A stretch of DNA of 64,000 nt from an uncultured Lachnospiraceae bacterium (lineage in GTDB: Bacteria > Bacillota > Clostridia > UBA1381): positions 25,234 through 89,233 of the forward strand of contig CAZCZR010000001.1 in the NCBI GenBank assembly GCA_964503455.1, given 5' to 3'. The position numbers were made by a program, and so were the translations under genes. A model generated the notes under the pieces. The model was given only the letters and a program-made list of their open reading frames with translations, was not told the origin of the DNA and searched no databases. Positions 27,828-35,889 of the stretch are shown in pieces. The stretch's first letter is position 1; every line of letters begins with the position of its first letter.

Positions 27828-29966
27828 TTGAGTAAAATACAGCAGCTGATATACACCTCCGTAAAAAGCTCTTTATCCGATGTGGAAAAGGGACTTATAA
27901 ATCAAGCCGGCTTTCGGGTATACTCATGCTCGGAGGGGCTTGAAAAGGAGGACATCGCAGAGATAGTTAAGTATACAAGCTATCGTTTGCCGCGCGGCTG
28001 CAGCACCGGCTATTCGATGAAGGTCTTTGACCCGTCGGTGCCGGAGCTGTTTCCGAAAACCTTCCGCGCTTTCACTCTGCCGAACGGGCGCAGCGTGGCA
28101 ATGCAGAGCGTTTATTCGGGCTATGATTTTGAGGGAAATCCCGGAAACTTCTTTGCCCACGCCTTCATATTCGATGATGAAAGCGTAAATCCGGCTGAAT
28201 ATTTCGGATCGCCGGATTTCAAAACATATCTCACCGAAGCCGAGTATGACAAGCCGATAGTTACATATCTGCCGGAGCTTGACGAGGTGAAAAAGCAGGA
28301 GGATTTGTGGGAAAAGGTTGACGCTTTTGTCGATAAGCATACGGAAGAATTTATGTATGTGTTTGCCCACGCGATGGCAGTTCTTGAAAGCATGACGAAA
28401 AAGCATCTCAATCTTGTGTGTTCCACGCAGGAGGAAAGCGAGCTTTATCTGCTTGCCATAAAGCGGTATCTGCCGCCGACGATTAAAGAGGGAACAGGTG
28501 TTTCCACATATAATATATTCCTTCCGTCAGAGAAGCAGACCGCGATAACCTTTAACGCTACGGTTAAAGGAATGAATAATATCACCGAAAAATCCTTGGC
28601 GTCGCATCCGTACTGTGAGCAGATAGACATGGAATCGACCGATTTTTCGCACAGCATTATCCCTCCGGTTTTCGATATACCAAAAGAGAAGCTTTTCGAG
28701 TATTACGGAAAGTACAATATCACGAGCGTGATGCAGCTGAAAACATGGCTTAAGACATTTGAGCCTGCCGGCGGAGGCGTTACGGCGAAGCTTGACGCGC
28801 TGAAAAATATCTGCGGCGACGAGATGTACAAGGAAAGAGTCGAGGAGCTTTACAATGCGGACGCTAAGGAGGATATAAGCGGTATATATTTCGAGCTTAT
28901 ATCGAGTATGTTTGCCAATATCACGCTTTTCCCCGACAAAGAAAACGAGATTATAAAGGATTATCTTATTTGCGGCATTGAAAATATATGCATGGGTGAG
29001 GACTGCAATCTCGAAAATGTGTACAAGCAGATAGCAACTCCGCAGGAAGCGGCAAAGACAACGATCGGATATCTTTCGGCGATAATGGATATAATATCTG
29101 TCAACTATGACACGCTGACGGATAAAAAGGCACTCCTGATTTTAAGACTGTTGGCAGTCATAAAACAAATGGCAAATATCGGAAGCTGGAAAGAGATGTT
29201 TTCGGACAACAGGGAGTATATGTCTCTCTTTGTTGAGATGACAGCTAATTCAGTCATCGGTACCAAGGGCAAGCTGAGTCTTACCGCGCCTGTTATATGG
29301 ACGAAGGAAGAGTTTGCCGAGGCTGTAGCGTATATACTGTCCTCCACCTCCGATGAAAGGATCATCGCGCTTTGCGAAAAGTATATCAGCGACAACCGCT
29401 CGATAGACTGGGACAGCTTTGGTGTAAAGATAACGGAGCGCGAAAAGTCAGACGAAGAAAAGCTTGACGATTTAAGGAGCGTAAAGTACCTTCTTTCAAA
29501 GGTGGGTTACGTACCGTACAGCGGAGGCTCATACTCCGATATTAAGAAGGAAGTCATAACTGATATGACGGACAATAAAAATCCGCTTCTTCTGTCAAGA
29601 CTGTTGTGGGCGTATTATGAATGGGCAAGCTGCGGAGGCAGACCGCAGGAAGCGCAGAAAGAAGCTGAAAAAGTCAGAGAGCTTTTGTGCATTATGCGCG
29701 AGACCGAGCCGGGATGCTATAACTTTATCATACCGAAGCTTGCGCTGGAGATACTTAACACATACAGTCATTTTCACGAGCTAATGATAAACACAGACAC
29801 CATGCCGCCATCTTTCTGGGAATGGTTTCTGATCGGATATAAAAACGCAGAAGGCAATATAGATATAAGAACGGTATATCAGCGGGTATACACTTCCAAC
29901 AAAAGCAAGATGCTGAGGATACCGGCAAGAAGCAGATTGAGAAAAGAATTTCGTAATATCGAATAG
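27828..29966 (+). CDS. Uncharacterised 712-aa cytoplasmic protein; N-terminal ~115 aa resemble a GAP1-N2 domain, remainder looks helical
   Basis: TTG start with RBS AAAGGAGTG, 24 nt after the ABC gene. N-terminus MSKIQQLIYTS...GLINQAGFRVYSCSEGL...YSGYDFEGNPGNFFAHAFIF. No TM helix, P-loop or other classical motif is recognisable. Confidence 0.8.
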   Translation: MSKIQQLIYTSVKSSLSDVEKGLINQAGFRVYSCSEGLEKEDIAEIVKYTSYRLPRGCSTGYSMKVFDPSVPELFPKTFRAFTLPNGRSVAMQSVYSGYDFEGNPGNFFAHAFIFDDESVNPAEYFGSPDFKTYLTEAEYDKPIVTYLPELDEVKKQEDLWEKVDAFVDKHTEEFMYVFAHAMAVLESMTKKHLNLVCSTQEESELYLLAIKRYLPPTIKEGTGVSTYNIFLPSEKQTAITFNATVKGMNNITEKSLASHPYCEQIDMESTDFSHSIIPPVFDIPKEKLFEYYGKYNITSVMQLKTWLKTFEPAGGGVTAKLDALKNICGDEMYKERVEELYNADAKEDISGIYFELISSMFANITLFPDKENEIIKDYLICGIENICMGEDCNLENVYKQIATPQEAAKTTIGYLSAIMDIISVNYDTLTDKKALLILRLLAVIKQMANIGSWKEMFSDNREYMSLFVEMTANSVIGTKGKLSLTAPVIWTKEEFAEAVAYILSSTSDERIIALCEKYISDNRSIDWDSFGVKITEREKSDEEKLDDLRSVKYLLSKVGYVPYSGGSYSDIKKEVITDMTDNKNPLLLSRLLWAYYEWASCGGRPQEAQKEAEKVRELLCIMRETEPGCYNFIIPKLALEILNTYSHFHELMINTDTMPPSFWEWFLIGYKNAEGNIDIRTVYQRVYTSNKSKMLRIPARSRLRKEFRNIE

Positions 29967-29984
29967 AAAATAAGGAGTGAGACC

Positions 29985-30884
29985 ATGAATAAACTGATAA
30001 GAAAAGCGGCGGCAGTGTTGGCAATGTGTACTATTATAGCCGCTAACGCCGTTGTATTTACCTCAAGCGTGTCAGCCGCGCCGACAACGATCACAATAAA
30101 CGGAGCCACATCAAAGCCGACAGCCTCTGCAAAACCCGACTCTACCTCAAGTCCGACAGCATCGGCAAAGCCGGGGTCCACATCAAAGCCGACAGCCTCT
30201 GCAAAACCCGACTCTACTTCAAAGCCCTCATCGGGCAGCGAAGATTCTGAGTCAACGGATGAGCCGGAGGAAACCTCGGCTCCCATACAGACGATAGCTC
30301 CGGCAGCTACACAGCAGCCGGAAAAAGCCGGATTTTTTGGAACAAAAGTGTCACGCGGCGGCCTTTTCGGCTGGAGCATATTCATTATTATAGTAAACGC
30401 GCTGCTGAGTTTCATGATCGCAAACCGTTTCTACAGGCTTTCAAAGAAGGATAACCGTATACAAGCTGAGATAAGAGCGCTCAGACGTGACATAGATGAA
30501 AAAATGGTGGCGGGTATTCCTCCGTTTTCTGAAAAAGCGACGGGCATATCAGATACCAACCCGGATTATTCAAGAGGCACAAAGTCAATAAAGGTAACTC
30601 TTGACGATGACAGAATACCTGACGAAGCGCGCGATATACTGGCAAAGTGGGGAGCGCAGATAGCGGCATCTGAACAGCCGGAGCAGTCCGAGCAGCAGGA
30701 CAGTCCTGCTTTGCGTGACAGGGATATCACCCGTGAGATGCGAATATCAAGAAACGCTTCGCGCACACAAAACAGAAAGCGCCCCGCAAAAGATGACGCT
30801 GACGATGAACCCGCATCTCAGGCAGGCGGAGCAAAGAAAAAGCTGAAAGATTTGATAGACGATATTTTCCCGTTCGGCGAATAA
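29985..30884 (+). CDS. Single-pass membrane protein with signal peptide, Lys/Pro/Thr/Ser tandem repeats and a disordered charged cytoplasmic tail
   Basis: RBS AAGGAGTG, 18 nt after the upstream stop. Signal-like N-terminus ending VSAAP, then (KPTASAKPDSTS)-type repeats. TM helix LFGWSIFIIIVNALLSFMIANRF, followed by a ~150-aa charged low-complexity tail ending DDIFPFGE. Confidence 0.75.
   Translation: MNKLIRKAAAVLAMCTIIAANAVVFTSSVSAAPTTITINGATSKPTASAKPDSTSSPTASAKPGSTSKPTASAKPDSTSKPSSGSEDSESTDEPEETSAPIQTIAPAATQQPEKAGFFGTKVSRGGLFGWSIFIIIVNALLSFMIANRFYRLSKKDNRIQAEIRALRRDIDEKMVAGIPPFSEKATGISDTNPDYSRGTKSIKVTLDDDRIPDEARDILAKWGAQIAASEQPEQSEQQDSPALRDRDITREMRISRNASRTQNRKRPAKDDADDEPASQAGGAKKKLKDLIDDIFPFGE
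30108..30228 (+). repeat. In-frame tandem repeat, 36-nt unit (72-nt super-unit), about 3.3 copies
   Basis: ACATCAAAGCCGACAGCCTCTGCAAAACCCGACTCTAC occurs identically at 30108 and 30180. The intervening 36 nt form a diverged copy. It encodes the TSKPTASAKPDSTS repeats. Confidence 0.8.
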
Positions 30885-31068
30885 TGTCGTTTGCCCGAAG
30901 AACACCGTGCCTATGCGCTGCGGTGCTCTTTGCGTTAAGATATATGAAATTGGACGGGTTCTCTATATCATATTTTATCGAGCTTATTCGATTTTTCGTT
31001 TTACATTTGACTACATTATTCGATACAGATTACTTAATGCAAATCATATATGAAAGGACGGCGGGTTT

Positions 31069-32124
31069 ATGAATTATGAACGTTCCTGCGGCGCAGTGGT
31101 ATACAGGACAGAGAACGGAAAAAGGCAATATCTTGTGATATTCAATAAAAAAGGCAGTGCCGAAGGACATTGGGGATTTCCAAAGGGACACGTTGAGCCG
31201 GGCGAAAGTGACCTTGACACGGCAAAGCGCGAGATAAAGGAGGAAACAGGTCTTTCGGTGAGGTTTGAGCCGTTTTTCAAACGTGTGTCGCACTACTCTC
31301 CGAGACCTGAAACAGAAAAAGACAGCGTATATTTTGCAGCGCGCGCTCTTGACGGAGAGGTTACGATACAGCAGTCGGAGCTTGCCGGGTATGAATGGCT
31401 TGAAGCAGAGGATGCTTTTCGCCGCATAACTTACAAGGCGGACGCCCATATACTTGAAGCAGCGGATAAATTTCTTGATAAAATGGAAAGGATAACAACG
31501 GTAATTTTCGACATGGACGGCGTTATCACCGACAGCGAAATTGTTCATTACCGTTCGCTGTTAAAGGTTCTTGCTGAGTACGGCAAGGCAATCGACTATG
31601 ACAGCTATGCGCGTTTCGTGGGTTCCACAAACGAATATATGTGGAATACAATAATCGCCGAACAGTCTCTTGACGCGGATGCGGAGGAACTTACAAAAAA
31701 GTCTTTTTCGTATACCGATGAGGAGATCGCACAAAACGGTCATCCGCCGGTAAAGGGCGCGGCGGAGCTTATAAAAGAGCTTTTTAAAAGAGGCTACACG
31801 CTTGCCGTGGCATCCTCGTCACCGATGACATCTATAGAGAAAGTTACGGAATATTTTGGTGTACGCAGCTGCTTTGAAAAGCTTGTGACCGGCGAGGATG
31901 TAAAAAATCCCAAGCCCGCGCCCGATGTGTTTTTAAAGGCAGCTTTGCAGCTTGACAAAAAGCCGGAGGAATGTCTGGTTATAGAGGACTCCGAAAACGG
32001 CGTAAACGCCGCTGTCGCAGCCGGAATGATGTGCATCGGGCTTATCAATCCAAGCTCCGGCAGACAAGATCTGTCAAATGCGGATTATAAGGTCGGCGTA
32101 GGTTTTTATATGAGTGATCTTTAA
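31069..32124 (+). CDS. Nudix hydrolase fused to a HAD-superfamily phosphatase (beta-phosphoglucomutase-like subfamily)
   Basis: N-terminal Nudix box GHWGFPKGHVEPGESDLDTAKREIKEETGL. The C-terminal half carries HAD motif I VIFDMDGVITDSE, motif II LAVASSS and motif IV LVIEDSENGVNAAVAAGM. Confidence 0.88.
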   Translation: MNYERSCGAVVYRTENGKRQYLVIFNKKGSAEGHWGFPKGHVEPGESDLDTAKREIKEETGLSVRFEPFFKRVSHYSPRPETEKDSVYFAARALDGEVTIQQSELAGYEWLEAEDAFRRITYKADAHILEAADKFLDKMERITTVIFDMDGVITDSEIVHYRSLLKVLAEYGKAIDYDSYARFVGSTNEYMWNTIIAEQSLDADAEELTKKSFSYTDEEIAQNGHPPVKGAAELIKELFKRGYTLAVASSSPMTSIEKVTEYFGVRSCFEKLVTGEDVKNPKPAPDVFLKAALQLDKKPEECLVIEDSENGVNAAVAAGMMCIGLINPSSGRQDLSNADYKVGVGFYMSDL

Positions 32125-32144
32125 ATATGAAAGGAAGTTTAGAA

Positions 32145-33215
32145 ATGACAAAAATAGATATTATATCGGGTTTTCTCGGTGCGGGCAAGACTACACTTAT
32201 AAAGAAACTGCTTGAAGAAGCGCTTAAAGGAGAAAAGGTGGTGCTTCTTGAAAACGAATTTGGCGAGATTGGTATAGACGGCGGCTTTATGAAAGACTCC
32301 GGCATTGAAATAACGGAAATGAATTCCGGCTGCATATGCTGTTCGCTCGTAGGCGATTTCGAAACCGCATTGGGTGAGCTTTTGCACAAGTTCTCTCCCG
32401 ACAGGATCATCATTGAGCCTTCCGGAGTAGGAAAGCTGTCGGATATAGTAAAAGCCGTTGAGAACGCCGGCGCGGCAAACGGAGGTATTATAATCAATTC
32501 AAAGACCGCCGTTGCGGACGCGTCAAAGTGTAAAATGTACATGACAAACTTCGGCGAGTTTTACAACGATCAAATAGAAGCGGCGGACTCGGTGATTTTG
32601 AGCAGAACGGGCAGCATAAATGAAGATAAGCTTGACAAATGCGTTGAGATGATACGTACTCATAATGCTGACGCGCCTATTGTGACAACTCCGTGGGAGG
32701 AGATCAGCGGAGTTAAACTGCTTGAGGTAATGGAGGGCGCTGCGCCTTCTCTTGAAATAGAACTGCGTGAGGAGCATGAACATCACCACGGGCATCACCA
32801 TGAGCATGAACATGAACATGAGCATGAACACGAACATGAACATGAACACGAGCATCATCACGAGCATGAGCATGACGAGGACTGTACCTGCGGCTGCCAT
32901 GATCATCATGACCACGAGCATCATCAGCATCATCACGCGGATGATATATTTACGAGCGTAGGCATAGAAACTCACAGAAAGTTCACCGAAAACGGTATAA
33001 ACGATATACTTTCCAAATTGTCGGACAGCGAAAAATACGGTATGGTGCTTCGTGCAAAGGGTATCATTCCCGCTTCCGAGGGGGAGTGGATACACTTCGA
33101 TTATGTGCCGGGCGAAACGGATATTCGCAGGGGAAGCGCGGACTATACAGGCAGACTGTGCATTATAGGAACAAAGCTTAACGAAGCCGCTTTAAAGGAG
33201 CTGTTTACAAAATGA
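32145..33215 (+). CDS. COG0523 (CobW/ZigA/YciC-like) metallochaperone GTPase with a His/Glu/Cys-rich insert
   Basis: P-loop GFLGAGKTT, metal-binding GCICCS (CxCC), IIEPSGVG, a ~56-aa His-rich insert and a CobW_C-like end. RBS AAAGGAAG precedes ATG 32145; the ORF track start 32127 is also possible. Confidence 0.9.
   Translation: MTKIDIISGFLGAGKTTLIKKLLEEALKGEKVVLLENEFGEIGIDGGFMKDSGIEITEMNSGCICCSLVGDFETALGELLHKFSPDRIIIEPSGVGKLSDIVKAVENAGAANGGIIINSKTAVADASKCKMYMTNFGEFYNDQIEAADSVILSRTGSINEDKLDKCVEMIRTHNADAPIVTTPWEEISGVKLLEVMEGAAPSLEIELREEHEHHHGHHHEHEHEHEHEHEHEHEHEHHHEHEHDEDCTCGCHDHHDHEHHQHHHADDIFTSVGIETHRKFTENGINDILSKLSDSEKYGMVLRAKGIIPASEGEWIHFDYVPGETDIRRGSADYTGRLCIIGTKLNEAALKELFTK
32769..32937 (+). 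repeat. Coding (CAY-GAR)n microsatellite-like tract encoding the His/Glu-rich stretch
   Basis: EEHEHHHGHHHEHEHEHEHEHEHEHEHEHHHEHEHDEDCTCGCHDHHDHEHHQHHH is encoded by near-perfect catgaa/catgag/cacgag hexamer iterations. Confidence 0.9.
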
Positions 33216-34174
33216 ATGTCATGAGAACAGAGGTCCCCATATATATGGTCACCGGCTTTCTTGAAAGCGGAAAGACAACCTTTATAAAGGAAGTCATAGA
33301 CGAGGGTAATTTCAACACTGATTCGGGCCCTGTGCTTGTGATCGTCACCGAGGAAGGCGAAGAAGAGTACGATAAGGATTTCTGTGAGGAAAACAAGGTA
33401 GTCGCGGCAAATGTTTCAAGCCTTGAAGAGCTTCAGGGCGGTATGCTGACGCGCCTAAACCGTGAGCATCATCCGGCGGCAGTCGTTATAGAGTATAACG
33501 GAATGTGGGATCCGGAGGAGCTTTTCAAAAGCAGAAAACCGAAGAGCTGGCATCTTGTGGAAATGATTTCCCTGCTTGATGCCACGACGTACAATATGTA
33601 TATGGCGAATATGCGGTCTATAATAACACGGTTTATCAATATAACCGATCTTACCGTTATAAACCGCTGCCCCGATGGGATGGACAAAATGTCAGTGAGA
33701 AGGGTGCTTCGCGCGGTGAATCCGCGTATGCAGATAGTGTTCGAGAATCTTGACGGCACCACCGATGACGGAAGGGGCGACGGTGAGCTTCCATATGATC
33801 TTGACTCGGATCTAATCGAGGTTGCCGAAGAGGATTATGGCATTTTCTACGTAGAAACCATGGACAATCCCGAAAGATATGACGGTAAGCGCGTAAAGAT
33901 AAGCGGTACGGGACTTAAGAACTCAAAAATGCCGAGAGGCAAATTTGTACTTGCAAGACCTGCTATGACCTGCTGCGCCGATGATGTGGCTTTGGCGGGA
34001 TTTTTGTGCGTGTACAAAGACGCGGAAAAAGTGCGTCATAAGGACTGGATAAGCGTGACCGCCAAGCTTAAATTCGAGTACAGCGACATAATGGAAACTG
34101 ACGGCATAGTGTTTTATGTCGAAAAGACAGAACCCGCCAAAAAGCCTGAGGATGATATGGTCTACTTCAATTGA
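33212..34174 (+). CDS. COG0523-like P-loop domain lacking CxCC, fused to a DUF1980/TIGR03943-like C-terminal domain with a CC..D motif
   Basis: P-loop GFLESGKTT and VIEYNGMWDP (Walker B-like), but no CxCC. The C-terminal segment GKRVKISG...FVLARPAMTCCADDVALAGF...DWISVTAKL resembles the CCxxD metal-associated domain. Overlaps the upstream gene by 4 nt. Confidence 0.8.
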   Translation: MNVMRTEVPIYMVTGFLESGKTTFIKEVIDEGNFNTDSGPVLVIVTEEGEEEYDKDFCEENKVVAANVSSLEELQGGMLTRLNREHHPAAVVIEYNGMWDPEELFKSRKPKSWHLVEMISLLDATTYNMYMANMRSIITRFINITDLTVINRCPDGMDKMSVRRVLRAVNPRMQIVFENLDGTTDDGRGDGELPYDLDSDLIEVAEEDYGIFYVETMDNPERYDGKRVKISGTGLKNSKMPRGKFVLARPAMTCCADDVALAGFLCVYKDAEKVRHKDWISVTAKLKFEYSDIMETDGIVFYVEKTEPAKKPEDDMVYFN

Positions 34175-34194
34175 CCCGCAAAAAGGAACACAGT

Positions 34195-34680
34195 ATGAAG
34201 CTTATAGTAAATGTAAATAAAAACTGGGGAATAGGCGCAAACGGAGATCTGCTGTGCCATATACCGGAGGATATGAAGTTCTTTCGGGAAACTACAAAAA
34301 ACTCTGTTGTTATAATGGGCAGAAAAACTCTTGATTCTTTCCCCGGCGGGAAGCCTCTTAAAAACAGAACAAATATTGTTCTTACGCGAAATGAGAATTT
34401 TTCAAGAGATGGCGTTGAAGTGTATCCGGATAAGGAAAGCGTTCTTAGGCGCGTAGCGGACGAGGACAACGTGTTTGTCATAGGCGGCGGCGAAATATAC
34501 AGGATGTTTTTAGACGACTGCGATACCGCATATGTCACAAAGACGGATGATACGCGTTCGGCGGACATATATTTCCCTGACCTTGACAGCGAGGACGGCT
34601 GGAGGTGCGTATATACCTCCGAGGAAAAGTATTCTTGCGGAATGAGATTCGTTTTTACTACTTATAAAAAAATGAAATAA
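34195..34680 (+). CDS. folA: Dihydrofolate reductase
   Basis: MKLIVNVNKNWGIGANGDLLCHIPEDMKFFRETT...VIMGRKTLDS...NIVLTR...VFVIGGGEIY is the classical DHFR pattern. Confidence 0.93.
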   Translation: MKLIVNVNKNWGIGANGDLLCHIPEDMKFFRETTKNSVVIMGRKTLDSFPGGKPLKNRTNIVLTRNENFSRDGVEVYPDKESVLRRVADEDNVFVIGGGEIYRMFLDDCDTAYVTKTDDTRSADIYFPDLDSEDGWRCVYTSEEKYSCGMRFVFTTYKKMK

Positions 34681-34726
34681 ACATCAGATAAAATATACAA
34701 AAAAACAAAAAATTGCGGAAAAGCTA

Positions 34727-34755
34727 TTGACTATATGCAAAAAATAGGGTAAAAT
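34727..34755 (+). promoter_or_regulatory. Sigma-A type promoter upstream of galT (TTGACT-17-TAAAAT)
   Basis: TTGACT 34727-34732, 17-nt spacer, TAAAAT 34750-34755, ~45 nt upstream of ATG 34801. Confidence 0.5.
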
Positions 34756-34800
34756 TATTATATAAATAATTTTATGCCCGCATTAAAGGAGGAAATATAT

Positions 34801-35778
34801 ATGGCAGAATTACGTTGGAACCCGCTTATCAAGGACTGGGTAATGATTGCATCGCATCGACAAAACAGACCGCAGATGCCCAAGGACTGGTGTCCGTTTT
34901 GCCCCGGTTCGGGAAAGGTACCCGATAAGTTTACGGTTTATGAATATGACAATGACTTCCCAGCGCTTTCACAGACACCGCCGACGCCCGATGATGTGGC
35001 AACGGAGCTTTTCAAGACAAAACCGGCTTACGGCAAGTGCGAGGTCATACTCTATTCGCCGGAGCATACAGTAACGCTGCCTGAGCTGCCGGTTTCGCAC
35101 ATAAGAGAGCTTGTGGATCTTTGGGAGCAGAGATTTGTTGAGATAAGCGCTGACGAGAACATAAAGTACGTGTTTATATTCGAGAATAGGGGAGAGGTTG
35201 TAGGCGTAACAATGCCTCATCCGCACGGTCAGATTTACGGCTATTCGGTAATACCCAAGAAGATAGAGCTTGAAACGGCTTCATCAAAGGAGTATTATGA
35301 GGAAAAGTCACATTGTCTGATGTGCGATCTTATGGCAGAGGAGAAAAAGGAAGGCAAGAGAGTAATATTTGAAAACGATTACTTCATGGTATACCTTCCT
35401 TACTGGACAGAATATCCTTACGGCGTATACATATCTGCAAAGCGTCATGTGTCTAACCTTACCCAGCTTAGCGATGAGGAAAAAACGGCTCTTGCCGCAA
35501 CGCTCAAAGAGACATCGGGTATGCTTGACAGCCTTTTCGATTACAAATTCCCGTACATGATGTGTATGTACCAAAATCCCGTAAACGGCGAGGATGCTAT
35601 GGCATATTCTCATTTCCATATAGCGTTCTATCCTCCGATGCGTTCGGCGGATAAGGTTAAGTTCAACGCTTCCTCCGAGACGGGAGCATGGGCTCATTGC
35701 AACCCGACAGCGCCTGAGGAAAAAGCAAAGGAGCTTATAGCTGCTCATGAAAAGTTTGTTGCAAGGATGAACGGCTGA
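34801..35778 (+). CDS. galT: Galactose-1-phosphate uridylyltransferase (type 1, HIT superfamily)
   Basis: Zn-site CPFCPG, active-site HPHGQIYG and a second half-HIT motif HFHIAFYPP. Confidence 0.93.
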   Translation: MAELRWNPLIKDWVMIASHRQNRPQMPKDWCPFCPGSGKVPDKFTVYEYDNDFPALSQTPPTPDDVATELFKTKPAYGKCEVILYSPEHTVTLPELPVSHIRELVDLWEQRFVEISADENIKYVFIFENRGEVVGVTMPHPHGQIYGYSVIPKKIELETASSKEYYEEKSHCLMCDLMAEEKKEGKRVIFENDYFMVYLPYWTEYPYGVYISAKRHVSNLTQLSDEEKTALAATLKETSGMLDSLFDYKFPYMMCMYQNPVNGEDAMAYSHFHIAFYPPMRSADKVKFNASSETGAWAHCNPTAPEEKAKELIAAHEKFVARMNG

Positions 35779-35832
35779 TTAAGCTTGCTGATCCGAAAAA
35801 TTAAGTTTTAAATCGAAAAAAGTTAAAAACTA

Positions 35833-35870
35833 AAACACCGCCGGCGGAATTTTCGGCGGTGTTTATTTTA
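35833..35870. terminator. Bidirectional Rho-independent terminator between convergent galT and the acyltransferase gene
   Basis: 11-bp perfect stem AAACACCGCCG / CGGCGGTGTTT flanked by A-run and T-run. Confidence 0.7.
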
Positions 35871-35889
35871 TAGTCTGTAAAACGTATCA

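Noticed and set aside
29879-30415. 178-aa minus-strand ORF with internal repeats (ESGFAEAVGFDV...)
   Set aside because: It is the reverse-complement reading of the tandem repeat in the 299-aa membrane protein gene. The plus-strand gene has an RBS, a signal peptide and a TM helix.
32523-33095. 190-aa minus-strand ORF with MLMLVMM repeats, and plus-frame ORF 32767-32961 with MNMNMS repeats
   Set aside because: These are mirror or off-frame readings of the (CAY GAR)n tract of the COG0523 gene and are not independent genes.
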